Positions 36,384 to 50,822 of a stretch of DNA of 64,000 nt are shown here, one piece after another. The DNA comes from Escherichia coli. GTDB taxonomy: Bacteria > Pseudomonadota > Gammaproteobacteria > Enterobacterales > Enterobacteriaceae. The stretch's first letter is position 1; every line of letters begins with the position of its first letter. The position numbers and the translations under genes are program-made. The stretch lies in NCBI RefSeq assembly GCF_022846255.1, contig NZ_AP025682.1. The stretch is one strand, 5' to 3'. Under the pieces are notes generated by a model. The model worked only from the letters and a program-made list of their open reading frames with translations, made no database searches and had not been told where the DNA came from.

Positions 36384-36537
36384 ATCTCCTCCGCAGGTAT
36401 CAAAATTCGGCCATCAGCTTAAATGCCTTTACGCGCGCGTTATCGGCGGAATAAACGCAAAATGGGTCGCTATTTATGCCGTTGATGGTCATTGCGGACA
36501 GGTACAATTCACGTTGTAGAAATGGCTGGGGACGAAA
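36384..36537. promoter_or_regulatory. divergent flgB / flgA class-2 (FlhDC-dependent) promoter region
   Basis: Divergent arrangement seen in sequence; FlhDC dependence is established knowledge, individual sites not mapped. Confidence 0.5.
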
Positions 36538-37197
36538 ATGCTGACAATAAAACGTAGCGTGGCGATCATCGCGATACTGTTCAGTCCGTTAAGTACGGCG
36601 AGCAATCTCACATCGCAATTGCACAACTTTTTTAGCGCCCAACTCGCGGGGGTAAGTGATGAGGTTCGTGTTTCTATTCGTACAGCACCCAATCTGCTAC
36701 CGCCGTGCGATCAGCCATTGCTTTCGATGAGCAATAATTCCCGTCTGTGGGGCAATGTGAATGTGTTGGCACGCTGCGGTAACGACAAACGATATTTACA
36801 GGTTAATGTGCAGGCCACAGGAAATTATGTGGTTGCCGCAATGCCCATTGTGCGGGGAGAAAAGCTGGAAGCTGGCAATGTCAAACTGAAACGCGGACGG
36901 CTGGACACCCTGCCACCGCGTACGGTGCTGGATATCAATCAACTTGTTGATGCCGTTAGCCTGCGCGATATATCACCCGATCAACCTATCCAGTTAACCC
37001 AGTTTCGCCAGGCATGGCGGATAAAAGCGGGACAACGCGTCAACGTGATCGCCAGCGGTGATGGGTTTAGCGCCAACGCAGAAGGTCAGGCGCTGAACAA
37101 TGCAGCCGTCGCACAAAATGCGCGGGTGCGCATGGTATCGGGACTGGTGGTCAGCGGCGTTGTTGATGCAGATGGGAATATTCTTATAAACCTGTAA
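36538..37197 (+). CDS. flgA: flagellar P-ring assembly chaperone
   Basis: 219-aa ORF with signal peptide. Confidence 0.92.
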   Translation: MLTIKRSVAIIAILFSPLSTASNLTSQLHNFFSAQLAGVSDEVRVSIRTAPNLLPPCDQPLLSMSNNSRLWGNVNVLARCGNDKRYLQVNVQATGNYVVAAMPIVRGEKLEAGNVKLKRGRLDTLPPRTVLDINQLVDAVSLRDISPDQPIQLTQFRQAWRIKAGQRVNVIASGDGFSANAEGQALNNAAVAQNARVRMVSGLVVSGVVDADGNILINL

Positions 37198-37202
37198 GCT
37201 GT

Positions 37203-37229
37203 TAAAGATTACCCGTTCCTTGCCGATAA
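37203..37229 (+). promoter_or_regulatory. sigma28 (FliA) class-3 promoter for flgMN (-35 TAAAGATT, 11-bp spacer, -10 GCCGATAA)
   Basis: Near-perfect match to the consensus TAAAGTTT-N11-GCCGATAA, 43 bp upstream of flgM. Confidence 0.8.
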
Positions 37230-37272
37230 ATAAGCAACACATGATAAAAGCGCCCTCAATGAGGAATAAACC

Positions 37273-37566
37273 ATGAGTATTGATCGCACTTCGCCTCTGA
37301 AGCCTGTAAGCACCGTTCAACCGCGCGAAACCACTGACGCGCCGGTAACGAACACCCGGGCGGCAAAAACAACAGCCTCCACCAGCACCAGTGTGACGTT
37401 AAGCGACGCGCAAGCAAAACTGATGCAACCCGGCAGCAGTGATATCAATCTTGAACGTGTCGAAGCGTTAAAGCTGGCGATTCGTAACGGTGAACTAAAA
37501 ATGGACACTGGCAAAATTGCCGATGCGCTGATCAACGAAGCGCAGCAAGACTTGCAGAGTAACTGA
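37273..37566 (+). CDS. flgM: anti-sigma-28 factor
   Basis: 97-aa [25 protein letters not shown]…. Confidence 0.95.
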   Translation: MSIDRTSPLKPVSTVQPRETTDAPVTNTRAAKTTASTSTSVTLSDAQAKLMQPGSSDINLERVEALKLAIRNGELKMDTGKIADALINEAQQDLQSN

Positions 37567-37570
37567 TCGT

Positions 37571-37987
37571 ATGACGCGTCTTGCAGAGATCCTCGACCAG
37601 ATGTCCGCTGTGCTTAACGATCTCAAAACGGTAATGGATCAAGAGCAGCAACATCTCTCTATGGGGCAGATCAACGGCAGCCAGTTGCAATGGATTACAG
37701 AACAAAAAAGCTCACTGCTGGCGACGCTGGATTACCTCGAACAGTTACGCAGGAAAGAACCCAATACAGCAAATAGCGTTGATATTAGTCAACGCTGGCA
37801 GGAAATTACTGGCAAAACGCAGCAACTACGCCAACTGAATCAACATAACGGCTGGTTACTGGAAGGACAGATTGAACGCAATCAACAGGCGCTGGAAATG
37901 TTGAAACCGCATCAGGAACCGACGCTGTATGGGGCGAACGGTCAGACCTCAACAACCCATCGCGGCAGTAAAAAGATTTCGATCTGA
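37571..37987 (+). CDS. flgN: flagellar export chaperone for FlgK/FlgL
   Basis: 138-aa ORF immediately after flgM. Confidence 0.92.
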   Translation: MTRLAEILDQMSAVLNDLKTVMDQEQQHLSMGQINGSQLQWITEQKSSLLATLDYLEQLRRKEPNTANSVDISQRWQEITGKTQQLRQLNQHNGWLLEGQIERNQQALEMLKPHQEPTLYGANGQTSTTHRGSKKISI

Positions 37988-38026
37988 AGATTAACTCCGG
38001 CCTGCACTGCGGGCCGGAATGTATCG

Positions 38027-39649
<1,623 letters not shown>

Positions 39650-39671
39650 CTACCGCCAGATGTTACAGGGT

Positions 39672-40595
39672 TTATTCACTCATCGCATCGCGCCAGATCT
39701 TGTCAACGATACGTTGCGCCAGCACGGCCTGTTCGCCGGCTGTTTGCGGAACTGTCTGATTTTGCACGCATTCAATGAAGTGCCGCGCACAGCCGACAAA
39801 TCCACGTTGCTCAAGCGTACTCTGCCAACCAGGAATCGGTTTATGCACTACGCCCTGCCCGCGCTCCTCACGCCATTCGCGCATATCCGTAATGTCGATG
39901 AGCGCACCATCAGTCACGGCCTGCACGGTTTCACGCTGACTTCCGGCACGGCGATGCATACAGGTGGTGATCTGCAAAGGACCAGCCGAAAAATGGTGCT
40001 CGGCAAACAGCATTTCGCCAGCGTCGTTAGTCAGTAACGTACCGCCATCCAGAGAGGCTTTGCCACCTGACAACCACAGCGCGGTATCCACCACATGCAG
40101 ATAATCATCCAGCAACGTGAAATAAAGATCGTGTGGCCCGACGCTATTGCTACGATGTTTATCCATTCTTAGCGAGGACGCGGTGGCGAGTTGCGTTTTT
40201 AACTCACCGTAGAGTGGTGCGAAACGACGGTTAAAACCGACCATCAACGTCAGTTTTTTCCGCGCCGCCAGTTCCACCAGCCGTTCAGCATCGCGCAGAT
40301 TTTCTGCCAGCGGTTTATCGACACAGACATGTACCCCCGCATTGAGTAACGTACGGACCACGTCAAAGTGGCTGGCGGTGCTGGAATGCACAAAAACCGC
40401 ATCGCAACTGGCGGCAAGGCTGGATAACGAATCAGCATAAGGAATGCGCCAGCTGTCACAAATTGGCAGGGCTTTGGCGCGCGTAGGCGACCACGCACCT
40501 TGTAACGTCCAGTCAGACGCTGCCGCCAGCACCGGTAACCACGCTTTTTGCGCGATGCCGCCTAACCCCACTACGCCGATACGTAATTTTTTCAC
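39672..40595 (-). CDS. yceM: Gfo/Idh/MocA-family oxidoreductase YceM (MviM)
   Basis: Rossmann N-terminus KKLRIGVVGLGGIAQKA…; GTG start at 40593-40595 assumed. Confidence 0.8.
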   Translation of the reverse strand: MKKLRIGVVGLGGIAQKAWLPVLAAASDWTLQGAWSPTRAKALPICDSWRIPYADSLSSLAASCDAVFVHSSTASHFDVVRTLLNAGVHVCVDKPLAENLRDAERLVELAARKKLTLMVGFNRRFAPLYGELKTQLATASSLRMDKHRSNSVGPHDLYFTLLDDYLHVVDTALWLSGGKASLDGGTLLTNDAGEMLFAEHHFSAGPLQITTCMHRRAGSQRETVQAVTDGALIDITDMREWREERGQGVVHKPIPGWQSTLEQRGFVGCARHFIECVQNQTVPQTAGEQAVLAQRIVDKIWRDAMSE

Positions 40596-40596
40596 T

Positions 40597-41839
<1,243 letters not shown>

Positions 41840-42074
41840 TCTATACCTACTCCTTCCCGTAACGTCTTTAATACGCTGTAAGTATTACTATACCTGCGCA
41901 ACCAGACCCTGTGAAAAGTCCAGAATGCCATTTTCTGCATTATTCACATATTTGATAAAAACTCTCTATCAAAGCGACGTTTTGATAAAAAAATATTGTC
42001 CCCGAAGTGATGGGAAAAGTCTTAGCGGCAATGCAGAATAGAAAGTGCTCATCTTTTATTTCCCGGGAGGGGAA

Positions 42075-43283
42075 ATGTCCCGCGTGTCGCAGGCGAGGAA
42101 CCTGGGTAAATATTTCCTGCTCATCGATAATATGCTGGTCGTGCTGGGGTTCTTTGTTGTCTTCCCGCTGATCTCTATCCGCTTCGTTGATCAAATGGGC
42201 TGGGCCGCCGTCATGGTCGGTATTGCCCTCGGTCTACGCCAATTTATTCAGCAAGGTCTGGGTATTTTCGGCGGCGCAATTGCCGACCGCTTTGGTGCCA
42301 AACCGATGATTGTCACCGGTATGCTGATGCGTGCCGCCGGATTCGCCACAATGGGTATCGCCCACGAACCGTGGCTACTGTGGTTTTCATGCCTGCTTTC
42401 GGGACTCGGCGGCACGTTGTTTGATCCTCCGCGTTCGGCGCTGGTGGTGAAATTAATCCGTCCACAGCAGCGTGGTCGTTTTTTCTCGCTGTTGATGATG
42501 CAGGACAGTGCCGGTGCGGTCATTGGTGCATTGTTGGGGAGCTGGCTGTTGCAATACGACTTTCGCCTGGTCTGCGCCACAGGGGCAGTTTTGTTTGTGC
42601 TGTGTGCAGCGTTCAATGCGTGGTTGTTACCGGCATGGAAACTCTCCACCGTGCGCACGCCCGTTCGCGAAGGCATGACCCGCGTGATGCGCGACAAGCG
42701 TTTTGTCACCTATGTCCTGACGCTGGCGGGTTACTACATGCTGGCTGTACAAGTGATGCTGATGCTGCCAATTATGGTCAACGACGTGGCTGGCGCGCCC
42801 TCTGCCGTTAAATGGATGTATGCCATTGAAGCGTGTCTGTCGTTAACGTTGCTCTACCCTATCGCCCGCTGGAGTGAAAAGCATTTTCGTCTGGAACACC
42901 GGTTAATGGCTGGGCTGTTGATAATGTCATTAAGCATGATGCCAGTAGGCATGGTCAGCGGCCTGCAACAACTTTTCACCCTGATTTGTCTGTTTTATAT
43001 CGGGTCGATCATTGCCGAGCCTGCGCGTGAAACCTTAAGTGCTTCGCTGGCAGACGCAAGAGCTCGCGGCAGCTATATGGGGTTTAGCCGTCTGGGTCTG
43101 GCGATTGGCGGCGCTATTGGTTATATCGGTGGCGGCTGGCTGTTTGACCTGGGCAAATCGGCGCACCAGCCAGAGCTTCCGTGGATGATGCTGGGCATTA
43201 TTGGCATCTTCACTTTCCTTGCGCTGGGTTGGCAGTTTAGCCAGAAACGCGCCGCGCGTCGTTTGCTTGAACGCGACGCCTGA
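42075..43283 (+). CDS. mdtH: MFS multidrug efflux transporter
   Basis: Start trimmed to [27 protein letters not shown]… (402 aa). Confidence 0.9.
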
Positions 43284-43346
43284 TTTGATACTCCCCCCTG
43301 ACTCCTCCATACTGAAAGAGAACTGACAGCCAAATGGAGGAGTCAC

Positions 43347-43994
43347 GTGAAGCTATACATTTACGATCACTGCCCTTACTGCCTCAAAGCCCGCATGATT
43401 TTCGGCCTGAAAAATATCCCCGTCGAATTACATGTTCTGCTCAACGACGACGCAGAAACACCCACCCGGATGGTCGGTCAAAAACAGGTTCCCATTCTGC
43501 AAAAAGATGACAGCCGCTATATGCCAGAAAGCATGGACATCGTTCACTATGTCGATAAACTCGACGGCAAACCGTTACTGACCGGCAAACGTTCCCCTGC
43601 CATTGAAGAGTGGCTGCGCAAGGTCAATGGCTACGCCAACAAACTGCTGTTGCCGCGTTTTGCCAAATCGGCATTTGATGAGTTTTCTACTCCTGCCGCG
43701 CGCAAATATTTCGTCGACAAGAAAGAGGCCAGCGCGGGTAATTTTGCCGACCTGCTGGCCCACTCTGACGGTCTGATTAAGAATATCAGCGATGATTTAC
43801 GTGCGCTGGACAAACTGATCGTCAAACCGAACGCCGTGAATGGCGAACTTTCGGAAGATGATATTCAGCTATTTCCGCTCCTGCGTAATCTGACGCTAGT
43901 AGCCGGAATCAACTGGCCAAGCCGCGTTGCTGATTACCGCGATAATATGGCGAAACAGACTCAAATCAATTTGTTATCATCAATGGCGATTTAA
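43347..43994 (+). CDS. grxB: glutaredoxin 2
   Basis: 215-aa ORF MKLYIYDHCPYCLKARM… with CPYC active site. Confidence 0.93.
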   Translation: MKLYIYDHCPYCLKARMIFGLKNIPVELHVLLNDDAETPTRMVGQKQVPILQKDDSRYMPESMDIVHYVDKLDGKPLLTGKRSPAIEEWLRKVNGYANKLLLPRFAKSAFDEFSTPAARKYFVDKKEASAGNFADLLAHSDGLIKNISDDLRALDKLIVKPNAVNGELSEDDIQLFPLLRNLTLVAGINWPSRVADYRDNMAKQTQINLLSSMAI

Positions 43995-44127
43995 TCCTGA
44001 CCCGCCGCGGCAGCCTGTATTCGCGGGTTGCCGCCGTTTTCAGTTTTTTCTGCTGGCGCGTTTATCGCTGGTGACACATGCTGCGTTGTGTCAGGATATT
44101 GACGCAGATTTCATGTCGAGGACTACC

Positions 44128-44688
44128 ATGAACAAGTTTTTATTTGCCGCTGCATTGATCGTCAGTGGCCTGCTCGTTGGCTGTAATCAACTCACCCAAT
44201 ACACCATCACCGAACAAGAAATTAACCAGTCGCTTGCGAAACATAATAATTTCTCAAAAGATATCGGTTTACCCGGCGTGGCTGACGCCCATATTGTTCT
44301 GACAAACCTGACCAGCCAAATTGGTCGCGAAGAGCCGAATAAGGTTACCCTAACCGGAGACGCCAATCTGGACATGAACTCCCTGTTCGGTAGCCAGAAA
44401 GCGACCATGAAACTGAAGCTGAAAGCGCTGCCCGTGTTTGATAAAGAAAAAGGCGCGATCTTCCTGAAAGAGATGGAAGTGGTCGATGCGACGGTACAAC
44501 CGGAAAAAATGCAAACGGTGATGCAAACGTTGCTTCCCTATTTAAACCAGGCATTACGCAATTACTTTAACCAGCAACCTGCTTACGTCCTGCGCGAAGA
44601 TGGCAGCCAGGGCGAAGCAATGGCGAAGAAACTGGCGAAAGGCATTGAAGTGAAGCCAGGCGAAATTGTCATTCCGTTTACTGATTAA
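44128..44688 (+). CDS. yceB: lipoprotein YceB (DUF1439)
   Basis: Start trimmed to MNKFLFAAALIVSGLLVGC… (lipobox); 186 aa. Confidence 0.85.
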   Translation: MNKFLFAAALIVSGLLVGCNQLTQYTITEQEINQSLAKHNNFSKDIGLPGVADAHIVLTNLTSQIGREEPNKVTLTGDANLDMNSLFGSQKATMKLKLKALPVFDKEKGAIFLKEMEVVDATVQPEKMQTVMQTLLPYLNQALRNYFNQQPAYVLREDGSQGEAMAKKLAKGIEVKPGEIVIPFTD

Positions 44689-44793
44689 TCACGAGGGCGC
44701 ATTCGCGCCCTTTATTTTTCGTGCAAAGGAAAACGTTTCCGCTTATCCTTTGTGTCCGGCAAAAACATCCCTTCAGCCGGAGCATAGAGATTA

Positions 44794-45840
44794 ATGACTG
44801 CACCATCCCAGGTATTAAAGATCCGCCGCCCAGACGACTGGCACCTTCACCTCCGCGATGGCGACATGTTAAAAACTGTCGTGCCGTATACCAGCGAAAT
44901 TTATGGACGGGCTATCGTAATGCCCAATCTGGCTCCGCCCGTGACCACCGTTGAGGCTGCCGTGGCGTATCGCCAGCGCATTCTTGACGCCGTACCTGCC
45001 GGGCACGATTTCACCCCGCTGATGACCTGTTATTTAACAGATTCGCTGGATCCTAATGAGCTGGAGCGCGGATTTAACGAAGGCGTGTTCACCGCTGCAA
45101 AACTTTATCCGGCAAACGCAACCACTAACTCCAGCCACGGCGTTACGTCAGTTGACGCAATCATGCCGGTACTTGAGCGCATGGAAAAAATCGGTATGCC
45201 GCTACTGGTGCATGGTGAAGTAACACATGCAGATATCGACATTTTTGATCGTGAAGCGCGCTTTATAGAAAGCGTGATGGAACCGCTGCGCCAGCGCCTG
45301 ACTGCACTGAAAGTCGTTTTTGAGCACATCACCACCAAAGACGCTGCCGACTATGTCCGTGACGGAAATGAACGGCTGGCTGCCACCATCACTCCGCAGC
45401 ATCTGATGTTTAACCGCAACCATATGCTGGTTGGTGGCGTGCGTCCGCACCTGTATTGTCTACCCATCCTCAAACGCAATATCCACCAACAGGCATTGCG
45501 TGAACTGGTCGCCAGCGGTTTTAATCGTGTATTCCTCGGAACGGATTCTGCGCCGCATGCACGTCATCGCAAAGAGAGCAGCTGCGGCTGCGCGGGCTGT
45601 TTCAACGCCCCAACCGCGCTGGGCAGTTACGCTACCGTCTTTGAAGAGATGAATGCTTTGCAGCACTTTGAAGCATTCTGTTCTGTAAACGGCCCGCAGT
45701 TCTATGGCTTGCCGGTCAACGACACATTCATCGAACTGGTACGTGAAGAGCAACAGGTTGCTGAAAGCATCGCACTGACTGATGACACGCTGGTGCCATT
45801 CCTCGCCGGAGAAACGGTACGCTGGTCCGTTAAACAATAA
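44794..45840 (+). CDS. pyrC: dihydroorotase
   Basis: 348-aa [28 protein letters not shown]… (HxH metal site). Confidence 0.95.
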   Translation: MTAPSQVLKIRRPDDWHLHLRDGDMLKTVVPYTSEIYGRAIVMPNLAPPVTTVEAAVAYRQRILDAVPAGHDFTPLMTCYLTDSLDPNELERGFNEGVFTAAKLYPANATTNSSHGVTSVDAIMPVLERMEKIGMPLLVHGEVTHADIDIFDREARFIESVMEPLRQRLTALKVVFEHITTKDAADYVRDGNERLAATITPQHLMFNRNHMLVGGVRPHLYCLPILKRNIHQQALRELVASGFNRVFLGTDSAPHARHRKESSCGCAGCFNAPTALGSYATVFEEMNALQHFEAFCSVNGPQFYGLPVNDTFIELVREEQQVAESIALTDDTLVPFLAGETVRWSVKQ

Positions 45841-45876
45841 AAATCGTAGCTTCCTGTTGTCATTAGGTTATTTTAC

Positions 45877-45892
45877 CTGTATAAATAACCAG
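45877..45892. promoter_or_regulatory. LexA (SOS) box CTGTATAAATAACCAG upstream of dinI
   Basis: CTGT-N8-ACAG-type palindrome 22 bp before the dinI start. Confidence 0.8.
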
Positions 45893-45913
45893 TATATTCA
45901 ACAGGGGGCTATT

Positions 45914-46159
45914 ATGCGAATTGAAGTCACCATAGCGAAAACTTCTCCATTGCCAGCTGGGGCTATTGACGCCCTGGCTGGCGAACTTTCCCGCCGTATT
46001 CAGTATGCGTTTCCTGATAATGAAGGCCACGTATCGGTACGTTATGCCGCAGCAAATAATTTATCGGTTATTGGCGCGACAAAAGAAGATAAACAGCGCA
46101 TTAGCGAAATTCTCCAGGAAACGTGGGAAAGCGCCGATGACTGGTTTGTCAGCGAATAA
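45914..46159 (+). CDS. dinI: DNA-damage-inducible protein I
   Basis: 81-aa ORF MRIEVTIAKTSPLPAGAIDALAGELSRRIQYAFPDNEGHVSVRYAAANN…. Confidence 0.93.
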   Translation: MRIEVTIAKTSPLPAGAIDALAGELSRRIQYAFPDNEGHVSVRYAAANNLSVIGATKEDKQRISEILQETWESADDWFVSE

Positions 46160-46180
46160 TATGCAGTGATTTTTGTTTTT

Positions 46181-46204
46181 GCCGGGTCGCCCCGGCTTTT
46201 TTAT
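46181..46204 (+). terminator. rho-independent terminator after dinI
   Basis: Hairpin GCCGGG-tcgc-CCCGGC followed by TTTTTTATTTT. Confidence 0.7.
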
Positions 46205-46448
46205 TTTACTTGCGAATTGTGAGTACAAAATTTCTACACTTCCTCAAAATAATTGCACAATATGCTAAAAAAATATGAATGACATGCTGTTTTATTGTTC
46301 ATATAAATCTTAAAAGCAGAAATTTATCTGCTCCCCCCTTTAAAAATTCGGTGAATACCCTTACTTATTGGTATACTGAAGTTGCTTCAGATAAAAACGC
46401 ATTGAACCTCGAATAACGTTGTCTAGTAACACGAATTAGGGGGCCATG

Positions 46449-46703
46449 ATGGAAAAAAATAATGAAGTCATTCAGACTCATCCGCTCGTAGGGTGGGACA
46501 TCAGCACCGTTGATAGCTATGATGCGCTGATGTTGCGTTTGCACTACCAGACCCCAAATAAGTCCGAGCAGGAAGGGACTGAAGTTGGTCAGACGCTCTG
46601 GTTAACCACTGATGTTGCCAGACAATTTATTTCGATATTAGAAGCAGGAATCGCCAAAATTGAATCCGGTGATTTCCAGGTAAACGAGTATCGGCGTCAT
46701 TAA
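46449..46703 (+). CDS. bssS: biofilm regulator BssS
   Basis: 84-aa ORF MEKNNEVIQTHPLVGWDISTVDSYDALMLRLHYQ…. Confidence 0.88.
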   Translation: MEKNNEVIQTHPLVGWDISTVDSYDALMLRLHYQTPNKSEQEGTEVGQTLWLTTDVARQFISILEAGIAKIESGDFQVNEYRRH

Positions 46704-46817
46704 CATGACATGACCATCCACCCAAAAGGCACCTCACCGGTGCCTTTACCATTTCTGGGTTGTATATCTGCATTCAGTTAATTACTCTGCTTAAACCATG
46801 AGAGCAGAGAGAAAAAA

Positions 46818-47936
46818 ATGAAATACGATCTCATCATTATTGGCAGCGGTTCCGTAGGCGCTGCCGCCGGGTATTATGCAACCCGCGCCGGTTTAAACGT
46901 GCTAATGACCGACGCCCATATGCCACCGCATCAACACGGCAGCCACCACGGCGATACGCGATTAATTCGCCATGCTTATGGTGAAGGCGAAAAGTATGTC
47001 CCGCTGGTCCTCCGCGCGCAAATGCTGTGGGATGAACTTTCCCGCCACAACGAAGATGATCCCATTTTTGTACGCTCTGGTGTCATTAACCTCGGTCCGG
47101 CTGACTCCGCATTTCTCGCCAACGTCGCCCACAGCGCCGAACAGTGGCAACTCAACGTTGAAAAGCTCGACGCGCAAGGGATTATGGCCCGCTGGCCAGA
47201 AATACGCGTCCCGGACAACTACATCGGTTTATTTGAAACTGATTCCGGTTTTTTGCGCAGCGAACTGGCGATTAAAACCTGGATCCAACTGGCGAAGGAA
47301 GCGGGCTGTGCGCAGCTGTTCAACTGCCCGGTCACCGCAATTCGTCATGACGATGATGGCGTAACTATTGAAACGGCTGACGGTGAGTATCAGGCGAAAA
47401 AAGCGATTGTCTGCGCGGGAACATGGGTAAAAGACCTACTCCCGGAGCTGCCTGTCCAGCCCGTACGCAAAGTATTTGCCTGGTATCAGGCCGATGGCCG
47501 CTATAGCGTGAAGAATAAATTCCCGGCATTTACCGGTGAACTGCCCAATGGCGATCAATATTATGGTTTTCCGGCAGAAAACGACGCGTTGAAGATTGGC
47601 AAACATAACGGAGGCCAGGTTATCCATTCAGCGGATGAACGTGTTCCGTTTGCGGAAGTGGTCAGCGATGGTTCGGAAGCCTTCCCGTTCTTGCGCAATG
47701 TGTTGCCGGGTATCGGCTGCTGCCTGTACGGCGCTGCCTGCACCTATGATAATTCGCCTGACGAGGATTTTATTATCGATACCTTACCCGGCCACGATAA
47801 TACCCTGCTTATTACCGGCCTGAGTGGGCACGGTTTTAAATTTGCGTCAGTTTTAGGGGAAATAGCTGCCGATTTTGCGCAAGACAAAAAAAGCGATTTT
47901 GATTTGACGCCATTCAGGCTTTCCCGCTTCCAATAA
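46818..47936 (+). CDS. solA: N-methyl-L-tryptophan oxidase
   Basis: 372-aa ORF with FAD-binding [10 protein letters not shown] motif. Confidence 0.93.
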
Positions 47937-47956
47937 TCATCATTACGGCCTCCAGA

Positions 47957-48097
47957 ATGAGGCCGTTTTTACAGGGGTATTTAATGCGTCGGTTGGTGAA
48001 CTATCTCATTAATAATATTCGCGAGCATCTGATGCTTTATCTTTTTCTCTGGGGACTATTAGCAATTATGGACCTAATCTACGTGTTTTATTTTTAG
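47957..48097 (+). CDS. yceO: small hydrophobic protein YceO
   Basis: 46-codon ORF not in the track; translation …[37 protein letters not shown]. Confidence 0.45.
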   Translation: MRPFLQGYLMRRLVNYLINNIREHLMLYLFLWGLLAIMDLIYVFYF

Positions 48098-48358
48098 TTT
48101 TTCCGCACTGACATAAACTGACAAATATTTAATCTCCCTTTCATTTAGCGTGAAAAATTGAATGAGATTCTTCCTGCCTCTACAGCACTCACTAGACCTT
48201 CCAGATGCTGAACCCACTAAACTTATGAAGATTCTTTCATTATTAATTCAAAATTATTGAAATAAAAATAAATATCATTCAATTTGTTATTTTTGTGTTG
48301 CAATTCATTCTCCGACACGCCATTTTCTTTCTCTCGCAAATTCGTTTTGGATGTACTT

Positions 48359-48925
48359 ATGTCATTCACAAATACCCCTGAACGCTATGGTGTTATATCT
48401 GCGGCCTTACATTGGCTAAGCGCAATTATTGTCTATGGCATGTTTGCTTTAGGTCTGTGGATGGTCACGCTCAGTTATTACGATGGCTGGTATCACCAGG
48501 CACCGGAACTGCATAAAAGCATCGGCATTTTGTTAATGATGGGGCTGGTTATTCGCGTTCTGTGGCGTGTCATATCTCCACCGCCGGGTCCGCTGCCGAG
48601 TTATTTGCCCATGACTCGTCTTGCAGCAAAAGCTGGACATCTCGCATTGTACCTATTGCTGTTCGCCATCGGCATCAGCGGCTATCTGATCTCAACTGCC
48701 GATGGTAAACCGATCAGCGTTTTTGGCTGGTTTGACGTCCCCGCGACCCTCTCCGACGCTGGCGCACAGGCTGACTTTGCCGGTGCCCTGCATTTTTGGC
48801 TCGCGTGGAGCGTTGTAGTACTGTCCGTTATGCACGGATTTATGGCCCTGAAGCATCATTTCATCGATAAAGACGACACTCTGAAGCGCATGCTGGGAAA
48901 GTCGTCATCTGACTATGGAGTATAA
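48359..48925 (+). CDS. yceJ: cytochrome b561-family membrane protein YceJ
   Basis: 188-aa ORF from MSFTNTPERYGVISAALHWLSA…; conserved His residues; forms a pair with yceI. Confidence 0.8.
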   Translation: MSFTNTPERYGVISAALHWLSAIIVYGMFALGLWMVTLSYYDGWYHQAPELHKSIGILLMMGLVIRVLWRVISPPPGPLPSYLPMTRLAAKAGHLALYLLLFAIGISGYLISTADGKPISVFGWFDVPATLSDAGAQADFAGALHFWLAWSVVVLSVMHGFMALKHHFIDKDDTLKRMLGKSSSDYGV

Positions 48926-48928
48926 AAA

Positions 48929-49504
48929 ATGAAAAAAAGCCTGCTTGGTTTAACCTTCGCTTCCTTGATGTTCTCTGCCGGTTCAGCGGTTGCCGCCGAT
49001 TACAAAATTGACAAAGAAGGTCAGCACGCCTTTGTTAACTTCCGCATCCAGCATCTTGGCTATAGCTGGTTATATGGCACCTTTAAAGATTTCGACGGTA
49101 CTTTTACCTTTGATGAAAAAAATCCAGCTGCCGATAAAGTGAATGTGACAATTAACACCACCAGCGTCGATACTAATCACGCCGAACGCGATAAACATCT
49201 TCGCAGTGCGGATTTCCTCAATACCGCAAAATATCCACAGGCAACATTCACCTCCACCAGCGTGAAGAAAGACGGTGACGAACTGGATATTACCGGCGAT
49301 CTGACGCTGAATGGTGTAACCAAGCCCGTCACACTGGAAGCGAAATTAATTGGTCAGGGTGACGACCCGTGGGGCGGTAAACGTGCAGGCTTTGAGGCCG
49401 AAGGCAAAATTAAGCTCAAAGACTTCAATATCAAGACAGATTTAGGTCCAGCGTCTCAGGAAGTGGATCTGATTATTTCAGTGGAAGGCGTACAGCAGAA
49501 GTAA
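48929..49504 (+). CDS. yceI: periplasmic YceI-family protein
   Basis: 191-aa ORF with signal peptide [22 protein letters not shown]. Confidence 0.88.
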
Positions 49505-49514
49505 GAGTGAAATG

Positions 49515-49539
49515 TTGCCGGATGGCACGCATCCGGCAA
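49515..49539. terminator. hairpin GCCGGATG-gcacg-CATCCGGC between convergent yceI and yceA
   Basis: Palindrome read from sequence. Confidence 0.55.
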
Positions 49540-49545
49540 TGATAT

Positions 49546-50598
49546 TTATTCTGTTGGATCAGGAATGCCCAGTGTTGTATTCAGACGTCCACGAGACTTA
49601 TTAAAGATCTTATTGCCATTTTCACGTCCTGCCCGACGGCGTCGCTGTTCCTCTGGCGGTAACGCGCTTTCTTCGCAGCAAATCTCACTACAACAACCTT
49701 TGTATTTTTCCGCACATACTGGACACTGAATAAACAGCAGATGGCAACCATCATTTTTACAGTTGGTATGGCTGTCGCACGGCGCACCGCACTGGTGGCA
49801 GTGCGCAATAATCTCATCAGATATACGTTCGCCCATCCGCTCGTCAAAAACAAAATTTTTGCCAATAAAACGCACCGGCAAGCCCTGCTCGCGCGCCTTA
49901 CGGGCGTATTCAATAATTCCGCCCTCGATATGCCAGACTTTGTTGAATCCGTTATGTTTCATCCAGGCACTGGCCTTTTCACAACGAATGCCGCCGGTGC
50001 AGTACATGACGATTTTTTTATCTTTATGTGCCTGCATCATCTCAACTGCTTTTGGCAGCTGCTCACGGAAGGTATCTGCCGGTATTTCCAGCGCGTTTTC
50101 AAAGTGCCCCACTTCATACTCATAGTGGTTACGCATGTCGATAAACAATGCATCGGGATCGTCAAGCATGGCGTTCACTTCCGCCGCTTGCAGATACTCA
50201 CCAACATTGCTGGCATCAAAGTGAGGATCGTCAATACCGTCGGCAACAATGCGATCGCGTACCTTCATACGCAGTACCCAGAAGGATTTCCCGTCATCAT
50301 CCAACGCGATGTTCAGGCGTAAACCCTCTAAAGCCGGGTCGAAGGCATAGAGCTGCGCGCGAAATGTTTCAACATTGCTCGCAGGTACGCTGATTTGCGC
50401 GTTAATGCCCTCATGCGCCAGATACACTCGCCCAAAAACATTCAGCGCGGTAAACAGTTGATATAAAGCGTCACGGGTCACCTTAGGATCGGCAATGTGG
50501 AAATACTTATAAAACGAAATGGTGGTTCGCGGTTCGCTCTCAGCCAACATTTTGGCTTTTAACGCGTCGTTGGAAATGCGGTTGTGTAACACTGGCAT
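49546..50598 (-). CDS. yceA: rhodanese-domain tRNA uridine(34) hydroxylase YceA (TrhO)
   Basis: Start trimmed to [24 protein letters not shown]… (350 aa); Cys-rich C-terminus. Confidence 0.85.
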   Translation of the reverse strand: MPVLHNRISNDALKAKMLAESEPRTTISFYKYFHIADPKVTRDALYQLFTALNVFGRVYLAHEGINAQISVPASNVETFRAQLYAFDPALEGLRLNIALDDDGKSFWVLRMKVRDRIVADGIDDPHFDASNVGEYLQAAEVNAMLDDPDALFIDMRNHYEYEVGHFENALEIPADTFREQLPKAVEMMQAHKDKKIVMYCTGGIRCEKASAWMKHNGFNKVWHIEGGIIEYARKAREQGLPVRFIGKNFVFDERMGERISDEIIAHCHQCGAPCDSHTNCKNDGCHLLFIQCPVCAEKYKGCCSEICCEESALPPEEQRRRRAGRENGNKIFNKSRGRLNTTLGIPDPTE

Positions 50599-50822
50599 GG
50601 TGTACGGTTCCTGCGAGATGGGAAAGTAAAAATCCGCGGCATGATATAGCAATTATCGATAATTAACATCCACACATTTTACGCTACATTTTAGCATTAA
50701 AAATTATTTGTTATTTACAAGCGCGGCAATTTCGCCCAGTCTTCAGTCACAAATTTTGGTTGCGGACGAAAAAATGCGACAATACATACAATTGCCCGTA
50801 TAGGTTGAAAAACAGGATTGAT

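Noticed and set aside
41940-42194. 84-aa minus-strand ORF in the rimJ-mdtH intergenic region
   Set aside because: It overlaps the mdtH start and promoter region on the opposite strand and has no recognisable features; probably spurious.
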